Below are positions 1 through 8,698 of a DNA stretch of 64,000 nt, piece after piece. Source of the stretch: a virus (lineage: Duplodnaviria; Heunggongvirae; Uroviricota; Caudoviricetes); IMG/VR virus record IMGVR_UViG_3300010401_000032, positions 90,145 to 154,144 of that record; one strand, given 5' to 3'. The notes beneath the pieces are model-generated. The model did no database searches. It was not told where the DNA came from and saw nothing but the letters and a program-made list of their open reading frames with translations. The translations under genes and the position numbers were made by a program. Position 1 is the first letter of the stretch; each line of letters begins with the position of its first letter.

Positions 1-261
1 GGACTCAGCTTCGCGGGCCTTCTTATTTTCTGCAACTACATCAATCTCACGCTTCTTATCGAATGCCTTCTTAAGCTTTGTAGCCATAAGACGAGCTTCG
101 TCTGGAGATTTAATATCTAAGATTTTCTTATATTGAACAACTTCATTGGGCGATAGGTCTAGTGTACGCTCGAATACCGAGTCGCCGGACATTCTAGCAA
201 GTAATTCTAGAAACTTTATTTTCTGTTGTTCTGTTAATTCAGGCAATTCTCTTTTAACCAT
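1..261 (-). CDS. Hypothetical protein, N-terminal part (runs off the window edge)
   Basis: Not in the ORF track. ATG at 261, 5 nt after a GAGGT SD that overlaps the gmd stop. Open for 87 codons (MVKRELPELTEQQKIKFLELLARMSGDS...) to position 1. Confidence 0.75.
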   Translation of the reverse strand, partial: MVKRELPELTEQQKIKFLELLARMSGDSVFERTLDLSPNEVVQYKKILDIKSPDEARLMATKLKKAFDKKREIDVVAENKKAREAES

Positions 262-269
262 ATTATACC

Positions 270-1289
270 TCAATAAATAAATTCGTCCGCTCGTTTGCTG
301 TATGCCGGGTCCGGGGACTGTAAATGATAATCGTGTACACACATTTTATCTACCAATGTTTCAAAATCACATTCAGACTTCCATCCTAATGTTTTTTGTG
401 CCTTGCTTGAATCTCCTAATAGGATTTCAACGTCTTTTGGACGCATAAAAATAGGGTTAAATTTATAAACCTTATCCTTATCGAGATTAAACCACGTGCA
501 ACACGCTTCAAAGAAACTTGTCACTGAATGGGTCTTACCTGTCGCAATAACAAAATCGTCTGGTGTATCGTTTTGCAACATCATATGCATCGCTTTTACA
601 TAGTCGCCGGCATAACCCCAGTCTCGACTAGCTGTTATATTTCCAAGCTCTATATGCTCTTGAAGGCCCCACTTAATACGTGCAAGACTGGTAGTAATCT
701 TACGGGTGACGAATTCTTCGCCACGCAAAGGACTTTCGTGATTGAAGAGAATACCAACGGTCGCAAACATGTTATATGATCTGCGATATATCTGAGTCAT
801 ATGATGCCCATACATCTTTGATGCCGCGTATGGCGACTCTGGATTCATAGGAGAGTCTTCATTTAGAATAGCAACCTTACCATTAATAATTGGGTTGCCA
901 AACTGTTCGCTGGAGCCGGCCTGATAAAACTTACAGTCTGGTTTAATTTGACGAATTGCTTCTAAACAATTAAGAACGCCGAAACCGGTAATTTTGGAAG
1001 TAGTCTCGGGATATTGCCAAGATAACGCAACGTGAGACTGTGCGGCTAAATTATAGAATTCAGCAGGTTGAAATTTCTTAACGGTATTTTGTATACTTGA
1101 AAGATCCGTTACGTCGCCATCAACCAAGTGAAAGTTGGGACTTCCCATAAGAGTGCGAAGCCTTGAAAGGTTAGAAGTAGAGGTGCGACGGCGAACCCCG
1201 ACAACTCTATAATCCAATGAGAGAAGATGTTTACTTAAGTAGTAGCCGTCCTGGCCACTGATTCCCGTGATGATAACCGTCTTATTCAT
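270..1289 (-). CDS. gmd: GDP-mannose 4,6-dehydratase
   Basis: ITGISGQDGYYL Rossmann motif, YNLAAQSHV, GSSEQFG, SPYAASK (YxxxK), GILFNHESPLRGEEFVTRKIT, RDWGYAGDYV: hallmark Gmd motifs. Confidence 0.96.
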   Translation of the reverse strand: MNKTVIITGISGQDGYYLSKHLLSLDYRVVGVRRRTSTSNLSRLRTLMGSPNFHLVDGDVTDLSSIQNTVKKFQPAEFYNLAAQSHVALSWQYPETTSKITGFGVLNCLEAIRQIKPDCKFYQAGSSEQFGNPIINGKVAILNEDSPMNPESPYAASKMYGHHMTQIYRRSYNMFATVGILFNHESPLRGEEFVTRKITTSLARIKWGLQEHIELGNITASRDWGYAGDYVKAMHMMLQNDTPDDFVIATGKTHSVTSFFEACCTWFNLDKDKVYKFNPIFMRPKDVEILLGDSSKAQKTLGWKSECDFETLVDKMCVHDYHLQSPDPAYSKRADEFIY

Positions 1290-2248
1290 GCTTGATTCCT
1301 ATACCAGTTTATTGTTCTTCTAATTGCTTCCTCAACCGATACCTGCGGTTCCCATTTGAGAACTTCTTTTGCTCTAGATATATCTAATGCTCTACGTGGT
1401 TGGCCATCTGGCTTGGTCGAATCCCACACGATATCAGAATTATAATTACCAATCCTTTTGATCATTTCCGCCAAGCTTTTAATAGTTATTTCTTGACCGC
1501 ACCCTAAGTTAATGGGTTCTGGCGAAACATTTTTTTCTATAGCAATCGCTATAGCCCTAGCACAATCACCCGCGTACAAGAAGTCGCGAGAGGCTGATCC
1601 GGTGCCCCATAAGGTTACAAACGTATTGTATTCGTAACTATCCTCATCTGTTAAACTAAGTTTTTGATCACGTCTAGATTGTTCAAATTTATTAATCAGT
1701 GCGGGTATAACATGTGACTTATCGGCCTCGAAATGATCGTGTTCGCCGACCATATTGGTTGGAATGAGATTAACTACATTAAGACCGTATTGTTTACTAT
1801 ATTCTATTCCAAGCTTCACTAGTGTTCTTTTGGCAATACCATAACCACTATTGGTCATCTCTGGCATGCCATCAAATAGTTCGCTTTCAATAAAGGGAAT
1901 CGTCTTGGGCGTGTGCGGATAGGAGCACGTCGTACCGAGCATAATGAATTTTTTAACCTTTAGGTCTTTGGCAGCCTCAAGAATATTCATGCCCATTTGA
2001 AGATTTTGATAGCCGAGCTTGCCCTGATTATTTTGATTAAATCCTATTCCGCCAACCACGCCCGCAAGATGAATAATAACATCGGGACCCCAAGCATAAT
2101 ATCGTGCTTCAATACCACACGGAGTATCATTTAATAAATCTAATGCACGAGAATTTGGAACATATAATTCGTGGTCGGTATTCTCTTCTAAATACCTTAC
2201 GAGATGATGACCTAAAAATCCGTAGCCGCCCGTTATAAGAATTTTCAT
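1286..2248 (-). CDS. fcl: GDP-L-fucose synthase (GDP-4-keto-6-deoxymannose epimerase/reductase)
   Basis: TGGYGFLG, IHLAGVVGGI..N, LGTTCSYP (catalytic Cys), YGIAK, SHVIPALI (catalytic His), WGTGSASRDFLY, KPDGQPRR; adjacent to gmd. Confidence 0.93.
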   Translation of the reverse strand: MKILITGGYGFLGHHLVRYLEENTDHELYVPNSRALDLLNDTPCGIEARYYAWGPDVIIHLAGVVGGIGFNQNNQGKLGYQNLQMGMNILEAAKDLKVKKFIMLGTTCSYPHTPKTIPFIESELFDGMPEMTNSGYGIAKRTLVKLGIEYSKQYGLNVVNLIPTNMVGEHDHFEADKSHVIPALINKFEQSRRDQKLSLTDEDSYEYNTFVTLWGTGSASRDFLYAGDCARAIAIAIEKNVSPEPINLGCGQEITIKSLAEMIKRIGNYNSDIVWDSTKPDGQPRRALDISRAKEVLKWEPQVSVEEAIRRTINWYRNQA

Positions 2249-2760
2249 TCCTTTAATCCAATTCCTCTTACGATGCAGGGTCGCTTGGAATGTTGGCCGC
2301 CAACACCCTCATACATCAATACTTTAAAGCCAGCATCCTCAAGAAGCTGTCTAATACATTCTGGCGTGAAACGCCAATAGTCTCCCGGATAGTTATGTAT
2401 CTCGAAATCAAATACGGTTGTTAAATAAAATAGCCCTCCGGGCTTTGTAACGCGGAAGGCTTCTTTGATAACTTCTCGTGGCCAGTCAACATGTTCTAAG
2501 CAATCAGTGCTTATAATAACATGAAAGCTGTTATCGGTAAACGGCATCTGCTTGGCGTCAGATACTACGTCAACGCCGGGGCCATTTTGCATATCGAGCC
2601 CAACATACTCTAGCACCTGCGGTGCTATGGTCTTGCGACAAATTATATCTTCTTGTCCAGGGGCAATCCAACTGCCTATTTCTAGCACTCGCATGTCTTT
2701 ATTGAATGGCATTCTTTGAGCGGCTTCATGCTCAATCCATCCTCTATTATGCACATCCAT
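2245..2760 (-). CDS. Class I SAM-dependent methyltransferase
   Basis: VLEIGS motif I, YVGLD..GPGVD, MPFTDNSFHVIIS..CLEHV, KPGG, YPGDYWRFTP; typical of glycan-cluster methyltransferases. Confidence 0.85.
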   Translation of the reverse strand: MDVHNRGWIEHEAAQRMPFNKDMRVLEIGSWIAPGQEDIICRKTIAPQVLEYVGLDMQNGPGVDVVSDAKQMPFTDNSFHVIISTDCLEHVDWPREVIKEAFRVTKPGGLFYLTTVFDFEIHNYPGDYWRFTPECIRQLLEDAGFKVLMYEGVGGQHSKRPCIVRGIGLKE

Positions 2761-3334
2761 TAAGAAACTCCTCTACGGTAATTACGTTCATGATCTCGTC
2801 GCGATGACGCTTAAAAATGTCCCATGTCCATCCTTCAACTGGGGCAATAAACTTCTGTTCCCACGTAGTGTCATCGCGTCTTATGACCCCACAGCCCCAA
2901 TCAGTATCTATCGTAAACATCTTTAAATCATGTCGCCACGATCTAAGACTTGCGAACGCCTTCCAACAGTCGCCAGTCCAAGGCTGACCGGAAAGCCCCT
3001 CTCTGAGTTGATGCCACTCCTCCGTAGGAAGCATATCGTGACATACTATTATGCCCTGTTCATTAAGAAATGTCAATGAATTAGTGATATCTTTTTGAAC
3101 TTGTTCTGCTAAATGTAGACCATCAATAAAGATTAAGTCATATTTTTGCTTACAATGATTAGCGAAGAACTCATCGGAGGTCATAGTATAATCGCCGCAC
3201 CCATTGGGGTCTACGCCGTGTTTAATAGGCACGTTAATCTGATTAAGAGTTTCGCGACCCAAGACCCCTATCTCAAGATAAGATTTAAAGTCGTATTTAT
3301 CGATAAGATATTTAATTATATCATAACGTTGCAT
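2747..3334 (-). CDS. Class I SAM-dependent methyltransferase (Methyltransf_24-like)
   Basis: YLEIGV, GVDP, YDLIFIDGLH..EQV..DI, GIIVCHD, WTGDCWKA. Confidence 0.85.
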   Translation of the reverse strand: MQRYDIIKYLIDKYDFKSYLEIGVLGRETLNQINVPIKHGVDPNGCGDYTMTSDEFFANHCKQKYDLIFIDGLHLAEQVQKDITNSLTFLNEQGIIVCHDMLPTEEWHQLREGLSGQPWTGDCWKAFASLRSWRHDLKMFTIDTDWGCGVIRRDDTTWEQKFIAPVEGWTWDIFKRHRDEIMNVITVEEFLNGCA

Positions 3335-4164
3335 TAGTAGCCTACATCCTGTAAGTAAGGAAGATAAATATTAGATTCGTGAAAGTGTCGCCAATTCTGG
3401 TAAACGTTATTATTTAAAGCAGCAGGATTATACAATGAATTCCAATCCACGTAATACCATTTCTGATTCCACATAGATCTTAATGTATTATGGTCGGCTT
3501 GAAGATAGCCATCATAGGCGTGGTGGATAGATCCATTTTTGGAAGTCATATTATGATAGTGGCGACAACGAACGTCGTGACTCACGGCCGCGTAACCTCC
3601 ATGAATATATGCTCTCAATGCGAAGTCAAGATTTTCGTATTGTGCTTTCCATCGTTCGTCAAAGTAGCCAATTTTATCGAACGTTGTCTTCGGCCAAAAT
3701 TGTATGGTTAGTTCCTGGGCAATACATTTAGTTATTCCATTGTCAGCATAAGATTCTTTTTGATATTCTATATCAGATATATCGGACATTGGACAGACTT
3801 GATATATATCTTGATTATTATCTAGGCATTTTAGTAATTCATCATCTAATCCATGTTCAAATAAAGTATCAGAGGTAACAAGCGACACAAACTTGCCGCG
3901 TGCCACGTGAGCTAGTAGATTAATACCGCGACTTATGCCTATATTATTACGCAGTGTAATTGATTGAAAACCAAATTTTCTAGCGAGTGATTCCGTGAGC
4001 ACGCTTTGTTTTTCTGGGCCACCCTGATCTATCAAATATACTTCGGACTTTAACGTGCTATTCTTATGAAGATATAGAGATTCAACGCAGTTCTTATAAT
4101 GCTCCTCAGCAACGGGATCATTACCAGGATTATAATTTAATACGCCGAATGTAATGTCTATCAT
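3334..4164 (-). CDS. Glycosyltransferase, GT-A fold (GT2-like)
   Basis: VYLIDQG, NIGISRGIN, TSD (degenerate DxD), IGYFDERW..YENLDFALR. Confidence 0.75.
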   Translation of the reverse strand: MIDITFGVLNYNPGNDPVAEEHYKNCVESLYLHKNSTLKSEVYLIDQGGPEKQSVLTESLARKFGFQSITLRNNIGISRGINLLAHVARGKFVSLVTSDTLFEHGLDDELLKCLDNNQDIYQVCPMSDISDIEYQKESYADNGITKCIAQELTIQFWPKTTFDKIGYFDERWKAQYENLDFALRAYIHGGYAAVSHDVRCRHYHNMTSKNGSIHHAYDGYLQADHNTLRSMWNQKWYYVDWNSLYNPAALNNNVYQNWRHFHESNIYLPYLQDVGY

Positions 4165-4793
4165 TTTATTAACCTGACTATCGTATCATTCGCCGCCGCT
4201 CCTGGCGTGCGAATATACTCAAGTTGAATTTGACAATTTAAAGTGCTTAAAAATGAAAAGAGCTTACTGTGCGAGTACGTATTCCAAAAGTAGGTGCAGC
4301 CGTTCTCGTCTGGCTCCGACTCTTTAATAATGTCCTCGGGAGAATCCGATAGATCTACGAAGAAAACTAGGATAGCTTCTTTTGCTGCGACCCTGAATAC
4401 TTCTTTAATCGCCGTCTCGTAGCCCTCGCCAAGATGTTCTAAAATATGTCTGGCGATAACTACGTCGAACGCATTGTCTATAAATGGTATTTCTTGGATG
4501 CGACCCTCTCGTAAAGAAATGCTGTCGCCATACAGGCTGCGAGCATGAGCCAAAAAGTTCTTTGTTCGATCTAGTCCCGTGTATTTGCAGCGTGCTCCAA
4601 AATTTCTAAACACTTCATAGTTGACGCAAGTGCCACATGCAACATCCAATACTGTAGTATTAGGATCATTGAAGCCATGAATTAAAGCAGCAAGTCTTTG
4701 GCGACCTAAGTTATCTGTACCGGTTCTGTGATTACGCAGAAAGGAAGCTATGTGCTCCGGAGTAAAAAAGTCGTGATTATTTATTTCTGGCAT
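4161..4793 (-). CDS. Class I SAM-dependent methyltransferase
   Basis: VLDVACGT motif I, YTGLD, IPFIDNAFDVVIARHILEHL. Confidence 0.85.
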   Translation of the reverse strand: MPEINNHDFFTPEHIASFLRNHRTGTDNLGRQRLAALIHGFNDPNTTVLDVACGTCVNYEVFRNFGARCKYTGLDRTKNFLAHARSLYGDSISLREGRIQEIPFIDNAFDVVIARHILEHLGEGYETAIKEVFRVAAKEAILVFFVDLSDSPEDIIKESEPDENGCTYFWNTYSHSKLFSFLSTLNCQIQLEYIRTPGAAANDTIVRLIK

Positions 4794-5332
4794 GTGACGT
4801 GCATTTCCAAATTAGATCTATCTACAAATGCTTTTGGTATACCATCTAAAAATTCAATATTTTGAAATCCCACTAATTTTAATAGCTTATTAATAACGCT
4901 CTTGTCTGCTATTAATTGATGTTGGCCTGCTGAACATAACCAGTCAGAGTAATTCGCGAATGGTCCATTTGCACCATCGGCTCTAGCCCATTGAGGAAAA
5001 TTATAATAAAGCCAAACAATCTTTTCAAAGTCTGGTAGCTTTAGCTCAAGCTTGCCGCCCGGCTTTAGGACTCTTCGCCATTCGTTCAATGCATCAGTAG
5101 CAGTCTTAGGATTGAGTGGATTAGAGAGATGAGGTTCGTATGCATTTCCAGCCCTAAAATGTTCTAGTATATGCGATGCATAAATCTCATCGACGCTATT
5201 GTCTTCAAATGGAAGTGCTGATACGTCGGCCTTTAAATCGGCAGATGGATGATCAAAGTCTACGTTAATATAGCCGGGCATATTGTCGCCATGACTGGCA
5301 AGATTAAGTTTAATAAACGTCGCCATTTTCAA
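4781..5332 (-). CDS. Small SAM-dependent methyltransferase
   Basis: KLNLASH..GYINVD (variant of KLNLGCG), LPFEDNSVDEIYASHILEH, EWRRVLKPGG. Start may be the second Met (MATFIK). Confidence 0.8.
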   Translation of the reverse strand: MKMATFIKLNLASHGDNMPGYINVDFDHPSADLKADVSALPFEDNSVDEIYASHILEHFRAGNAYEPHLSNPLNPKTATDALNEWRRVLKPGGKLELKLPDFEKIVWLYYNFPQWARADGANGPFANYSDWLCSAGQHQLIADKSVINKLLKLVGFQNIEFLDGIPKAFVDRSNLEMHVTCQK

Positions 5333-5567
5333 TCACTTTCTTATCCTCATAGGTAGCAACCGCACGCCTGTAGAATTCTAATTTAGCACATTCTAATGTG
5401 CCGATAATAGTATTATAACCTATATAATTTTCTTCTGTATTTCTCAAATATTTAAGACACAGACTTGTAATCACATAGTTGAGATCGCCAGGACTCTCGA
5501 CGTGCTGAAATACGTCCTGAATATATGGATCGACATCTTTGCGTAATTTTTGTTTAATATAGGGCAT
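5310..5567 (-). CDS. Conserved small phage protein (DUF6899-like)
   Basis: MPYI..., GDLNY.IT, IIGTLECAKLEFYRR....YEDKK..ENGDV pattern, recognised from memory as common in phages. Confidence 0.7.
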   Translation of the reverse strand: MPYIKQKLRKDVDPYIQDVFQHVESPGDLNYVITSLCLKYLRNTEENYIGYNTIIGTLECAKLEFYRRAVATYEDKKVIENGDVY

Positions 5568-6532
5568 TATATAATTCCTACTTCCTTAAAAATATGTTCA
5601 AATCTATTCGACCATTGATGGTCTTTGATCATGCGAGCATGACCGGCGGCAGCGATTTTTTCTCGCTCGTCAGAATTAGCGAGATAATACTTAGTTTTAT
5701 CAATTAATTCCTGTACCGTTCTGGCAATAACAATTTCTTTATCTTCAATAAAGTATGAATCTAGATCGTCTGCCGGCGTACTGATTTGAAGACCCTGCAC
5801 CTGCGGAATCTCAAAGTGCCTTCCTTTAATTTGAGGCATTGTTCCATGATGCCATGGATTAGATAGATTAAGATTAACCTTGGATGTGTTGAATACGTCT
5901 ATGATTTCTTTGAAGTCTGTCTTGTATCCGTGCCAGTTTTTATACCCGTCCCAATAATTACCGAAGAGGTCTATCGATATCCCCGCTTCCATCATGGCAT
6001 CTATGACTTCGCTTCTAAGGAATTTGCCGTTTGGCATCTGTCCGTGCTTTTGTCCAACGAAGGATGCATCATACTTATACGATTCCCTATTGGGCTTGTA
6101 AAGCGGAGAACCGGCCCACTGAGACTTAATGACCTTCATTCCGCTTTGTTGATACCATGGAATGGTTGCTGAGTGCGTAGTCACGAAATGAGACACGCGA
6201 TCTTTACGAGGAAGAATCCAGTGCTGGAAACGCCATGAGCTATCGCAGTCCCATTGAATGACAGGAACGCCCGCCCTTAGAGCCAGCTTCGCAATACCTT
6301 CCGGTAAATCTAATGTTTCATTGAAAGCTACGTTAAAGATTGCGTCATAATTAAAATCAGCAATAAACATATCAAGAGATCGTGGATCTGCGTCTGGGTA
6401 ATAGTAACAATCTTCTAGAGAATTTTGTTTACAATATTCGGCAAACCCCGCTTCAATATTCATGTGCTCATACGAAAAGCCTTCTTCCGGCTTTCCGTAA
6501 TTATATAGTAAGCCTACGTATAATATTTTCAT
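5567..6532 (-). CDS. Glycosyltransferase, CgeB/Glyco_trans_1_2-like (GT-B)
   Basis: QWDCD, YDASFVG, SKVNLNLS, QIKGRHFEIP..G, YYL.N..ERE.IA.AGH.R..KDH.W..R C-terminal signature. Confidence 0.8.
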   Translation of the reverse strand: MKILYVGLLYNYGKPEEGFSYEHMNIEAGFAEYCKQNSLEDCYYYPDADPRSLDMFIADFNYDAIFNVAFNETLDLPEGIAKLALRAGVPVIQWDCDSSWRFQHWILPRKDRVSHFVTTHSATIPWYQQSGMKVIKSQWAGSPLYKPNRESYKYDASFVGQKHGQMPNGKFLRSEVIDAMMEAGISIDLFGNYWDGYKNWHGYKTDFKEIIDVFNTSKVNLNLSNPWHHGTMPQIKGRHFEIPQVQGLQISTPADDLDSYFIEDKEIVIARTVQELIDKTKYYLANSDEREKIAAAGHARMIKDHQWSNRFEHIFKEVGII

Positions 6533-6768
6533 GATACTTGTGTTAAATAATCAATCTTCCAGGATATACATTCTGTCAGAATGCCGTCTTCTTCCGCGAT
6601 CCATTCAGACGCTAACATTTCAATACGTCTATTGGCAAAATCCGCTGCCTTAGCCCTGGTTTCAAAGGGGCCAAAAAATACTGTTTCATCTTTCCATGCT
6701 GTATTATCAGAACGATCTTTTAGATTTTCCTCTATAAGAACATACATATCAACTTGTTTCTTTGTCAT
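6529..6768 (-). CDS. Hypothetical protein
   Basis: 79 aa; ATGA-type overlaps with both neighbours. Confidence 0.65.
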   Translation of the reverse strand: MTKKQVDMYVLIEENLKDRSDNTAWKDETVFFGPFETRAKAADFANRRIEMLASEWIAEEDGILTECISWKIDYLTQVS

Positions 6769-7436
6769 CTCGGCACCGATGTTCCTAGTGAGTAGATGTA
6801 TAGGCGTTCAGGTACTTTCATAAAGATAAATCCGGCCGCTGCGGCACGTTGCCACAGATCCCAATCTTCGCGGCCCAATAGAGCCTTGTCCGTTCTGTAC
6901 ATATTTAAAGTCTCAAGAGCGGAACGGCGAATCATCATACTGCCGTGACATAAGATGTTCTCCTGTGATAGCCTGTTTACGATTTCATCGTGCTTGGAAT
7001 ATTGAAGTACTGAAAAGCAGTTTGGATGCATAACGCCGTCTACTAGATCCCATGCGTTCGTCCCGCAAAAGTCAACCTTGGTATTACGCAATAAGCAGTT
7101 TCTTTGTATTTCAAGCTTACAATCCATCCACTGATCGTCCGCGTCTAGATAGGCGATCCAATTTGTGGTGCAGTGCGAAATGCCATAATTTTTGGCTGCT
7201 GCCAATCCTTGCTTACGCGGACGTTCAAGTACCCGAAGATTGAGAACGTCCTTATAATGATCGACTAGTGCCCGCGTGTTCTCCCAGCATTCGTCCAGTA
7301 CCACTACTGTCTCAAATTCACAGTATGTTTGCCGAGTGAGAGATTCTAATGCTCTTTGCAAAAGCATGTCGTGCTCATGGTCGGGACTATGGGCACAGAC
7401 TAGAACACTAATTGTATCAGACTCTTTCATTTTCAA
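6765..7436 (-). CDS. Glycosyltransferase family 2
   Basis: RALESL..QT, GLAAAKNYG, IAYLDADDQW (DxD), HGSMMIRR, EDWDLW.R. Confidence 0.9.
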   Translation of the reverse strand: MKMKESDTISVLVCAHSPDHEHDMLLQRALESLTRQTYCEFETVVVLDECWENTRALVDHYKDVLNLRVLERPRKQGLAAAKNYGISHCTTNWIAYLDADDQWMDCKLEIQRNCLLRNTKVDFCGTNAWDLVDGVMHPNCFSVLQYSKHDEIVNRLSQENILCHGSMMIRRSALETLNMYRTDKALLGREDWDLWQRAAAAGFIFMKVPERLYIYSLGTSVPR

Positions 7437-7441
7437 TTTCT

Positions 7442-8362
7442 TTAATTAGGACATACATATTCGGGAAATACATTACTGAGAATTTCATGACAGCGACGGG
7501 TATAAGTGTGTCTTCGTAAAAATTTCTCTTGAAAGCCAAATCGAACCGGCCGCCATCTTGAGTCAAGTTCTTTGATGAGATTGAACAACTCTTCTTCGTT
7601 TCTATATTCTAAGCAAGGAATACCTAAGTCGTGTACTCCATCGTCTTGTGGCGTAATCAAATGGGATCCAGCCGCGATTACTTCGAAGGGCCGCATGGGA
7701 ATAAGACCGGCACCGCCGCCAGCAATATCATTTATAACATAATGAGATCGCATTAGTGTATCTACATATTCTTCTCTGAATGCATTTGTGACGTATTGTA
7801 CGTTGGCGTTTGGAACGAGAGACTGAATAGATTCATATAATTGTCTGCGTTCTGGACGATCTGATCCTATAATTAAGAAGTCTATATCTTTAGTCACCGG
7901 ATAAACAATATCATGCTTTAAAAAGACATATTGTCCACTATCAAAGAATATGGGACGAGCATGCTTGTCGTAATCGGCTGCGTAGGGCAGATAGATTTCG
8001 TGATCTTTGACAAAGTTTTTATTGGCAACGAAGTTGAATTCACAGCCGAGATAATTAGTTTCAAGTAACCATCTTCTAGGATATAATGATAAATCAAACC
8101 ACCAAGATGCTCTGGCGACCACATTGATATTTTTCAGTTCCTCATAAAATCTATCGCCATCGCCGCATTCCATTTGAAGATATAGATCATAAGTACCAGA
8201 CAAAGAAGCAAGAGTATTGCCTTCAATCATTTCATTGGTTTCGTAATAGTTGCCATACGGAAACACCGTATGTCCTAATTCGCGAAATGCTTTGACGACA
8301 AAATCCCCGGTCGCCCAACCGCGACTTTGAGGTATGCCCCTGTAACTAACAATAATTCTCAT
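7442..8362 (-). CDS. Glycosyltransferase, CgeB/Glyco_trans_1_2-like
   Basis: YLPYAAD, DIDFLIIGS, RPFEVIAAG, RRHTY..RC C-terminal signature. Confidence 0.7.
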   Translation of the reverse strand: MRIIVSYRGIPQSRGWATGDFVVKAFRELGHTVFPYGNYYETNEMIEGNTLASLSGTYDLYLQMECGDGDRFYEELKNINVVARASWWFDLSLYPRRWLLETNYLGCEFNFVANKNFVKDHEIYLPYAADYDKHARPIFFDSGQYVFLKHDIVYPVTKDIDFLIIGSDRPERRQLYESIQSLVPNANVQYVTNAFREEYVDTLMRSHYVINDIAGGGAGLIPMRPFEVIAAGSHLITPQDDGVHDLGIPCLEYRNEEELFNLIKELDSRWRPVRFGFQEKFLRRHTYTRRCHEILSNVFPEYVCPN

Positions 8363-8544
8363 TTATTAGTTATAATAGTGCCATCGGGCCACGCAGGAGC
8401 CGGATAGGTTTGATTGGGCATCCAGTTAATTTTTACAGAAGCATTTTCTAGCACTAAATCAAATAGCTGCTTAGTCTGTAAATCATTCAGATTCAATTCT
8501 TTGGCGAAAGCTAATGCTCTTTCAAGTTTATTTATTAACGTCAT
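8359..8544 (-). CDS. Hypothetical protein (start re-called at MTLINK)
   Basis: The track start 8577 overlaps the ORF at 8546-8698. ATG at 8544 lies just after that ORF's stop. Confidence 0.6.
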   Translation of the reverse strand: MTLINKLERALAFAKELNLNDLQTKQLFDLVLENASVKINWMPNQTYPAPAWPDGTIITNK

Positions 8545-8545
8545 A

Positions 8546-8698
8546 TTATTTCCATTTTCGGGGATCGCCCCATTCAAGAATAACAGCTAATCTAGTCATG
8601 TGTTCCCAATTGCACTTACATCGTAATAGTACTTCTGCTTTACCGCTTTCTTGGCGAACGGCATCATTGATAAGCATTGCGTCTTTAATGCTTATCAT
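8546..8698 (-). CDS. Small hypothetical protein, 50 aa (missed by ORF track)
   Basis: MISIKDAMLINDAVRQESGKAEVLLRCKCNWEHMTRLAVILEWGDPRKWK. ATGA overlap with the upstream stop; exactly fills the gap. Confidence 0.65.
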   Translation of the reverse strand: MISIKDAMLINDAVRQESGKAEVLLRCKCNWEHMTRLAVILEWGDPRKWK

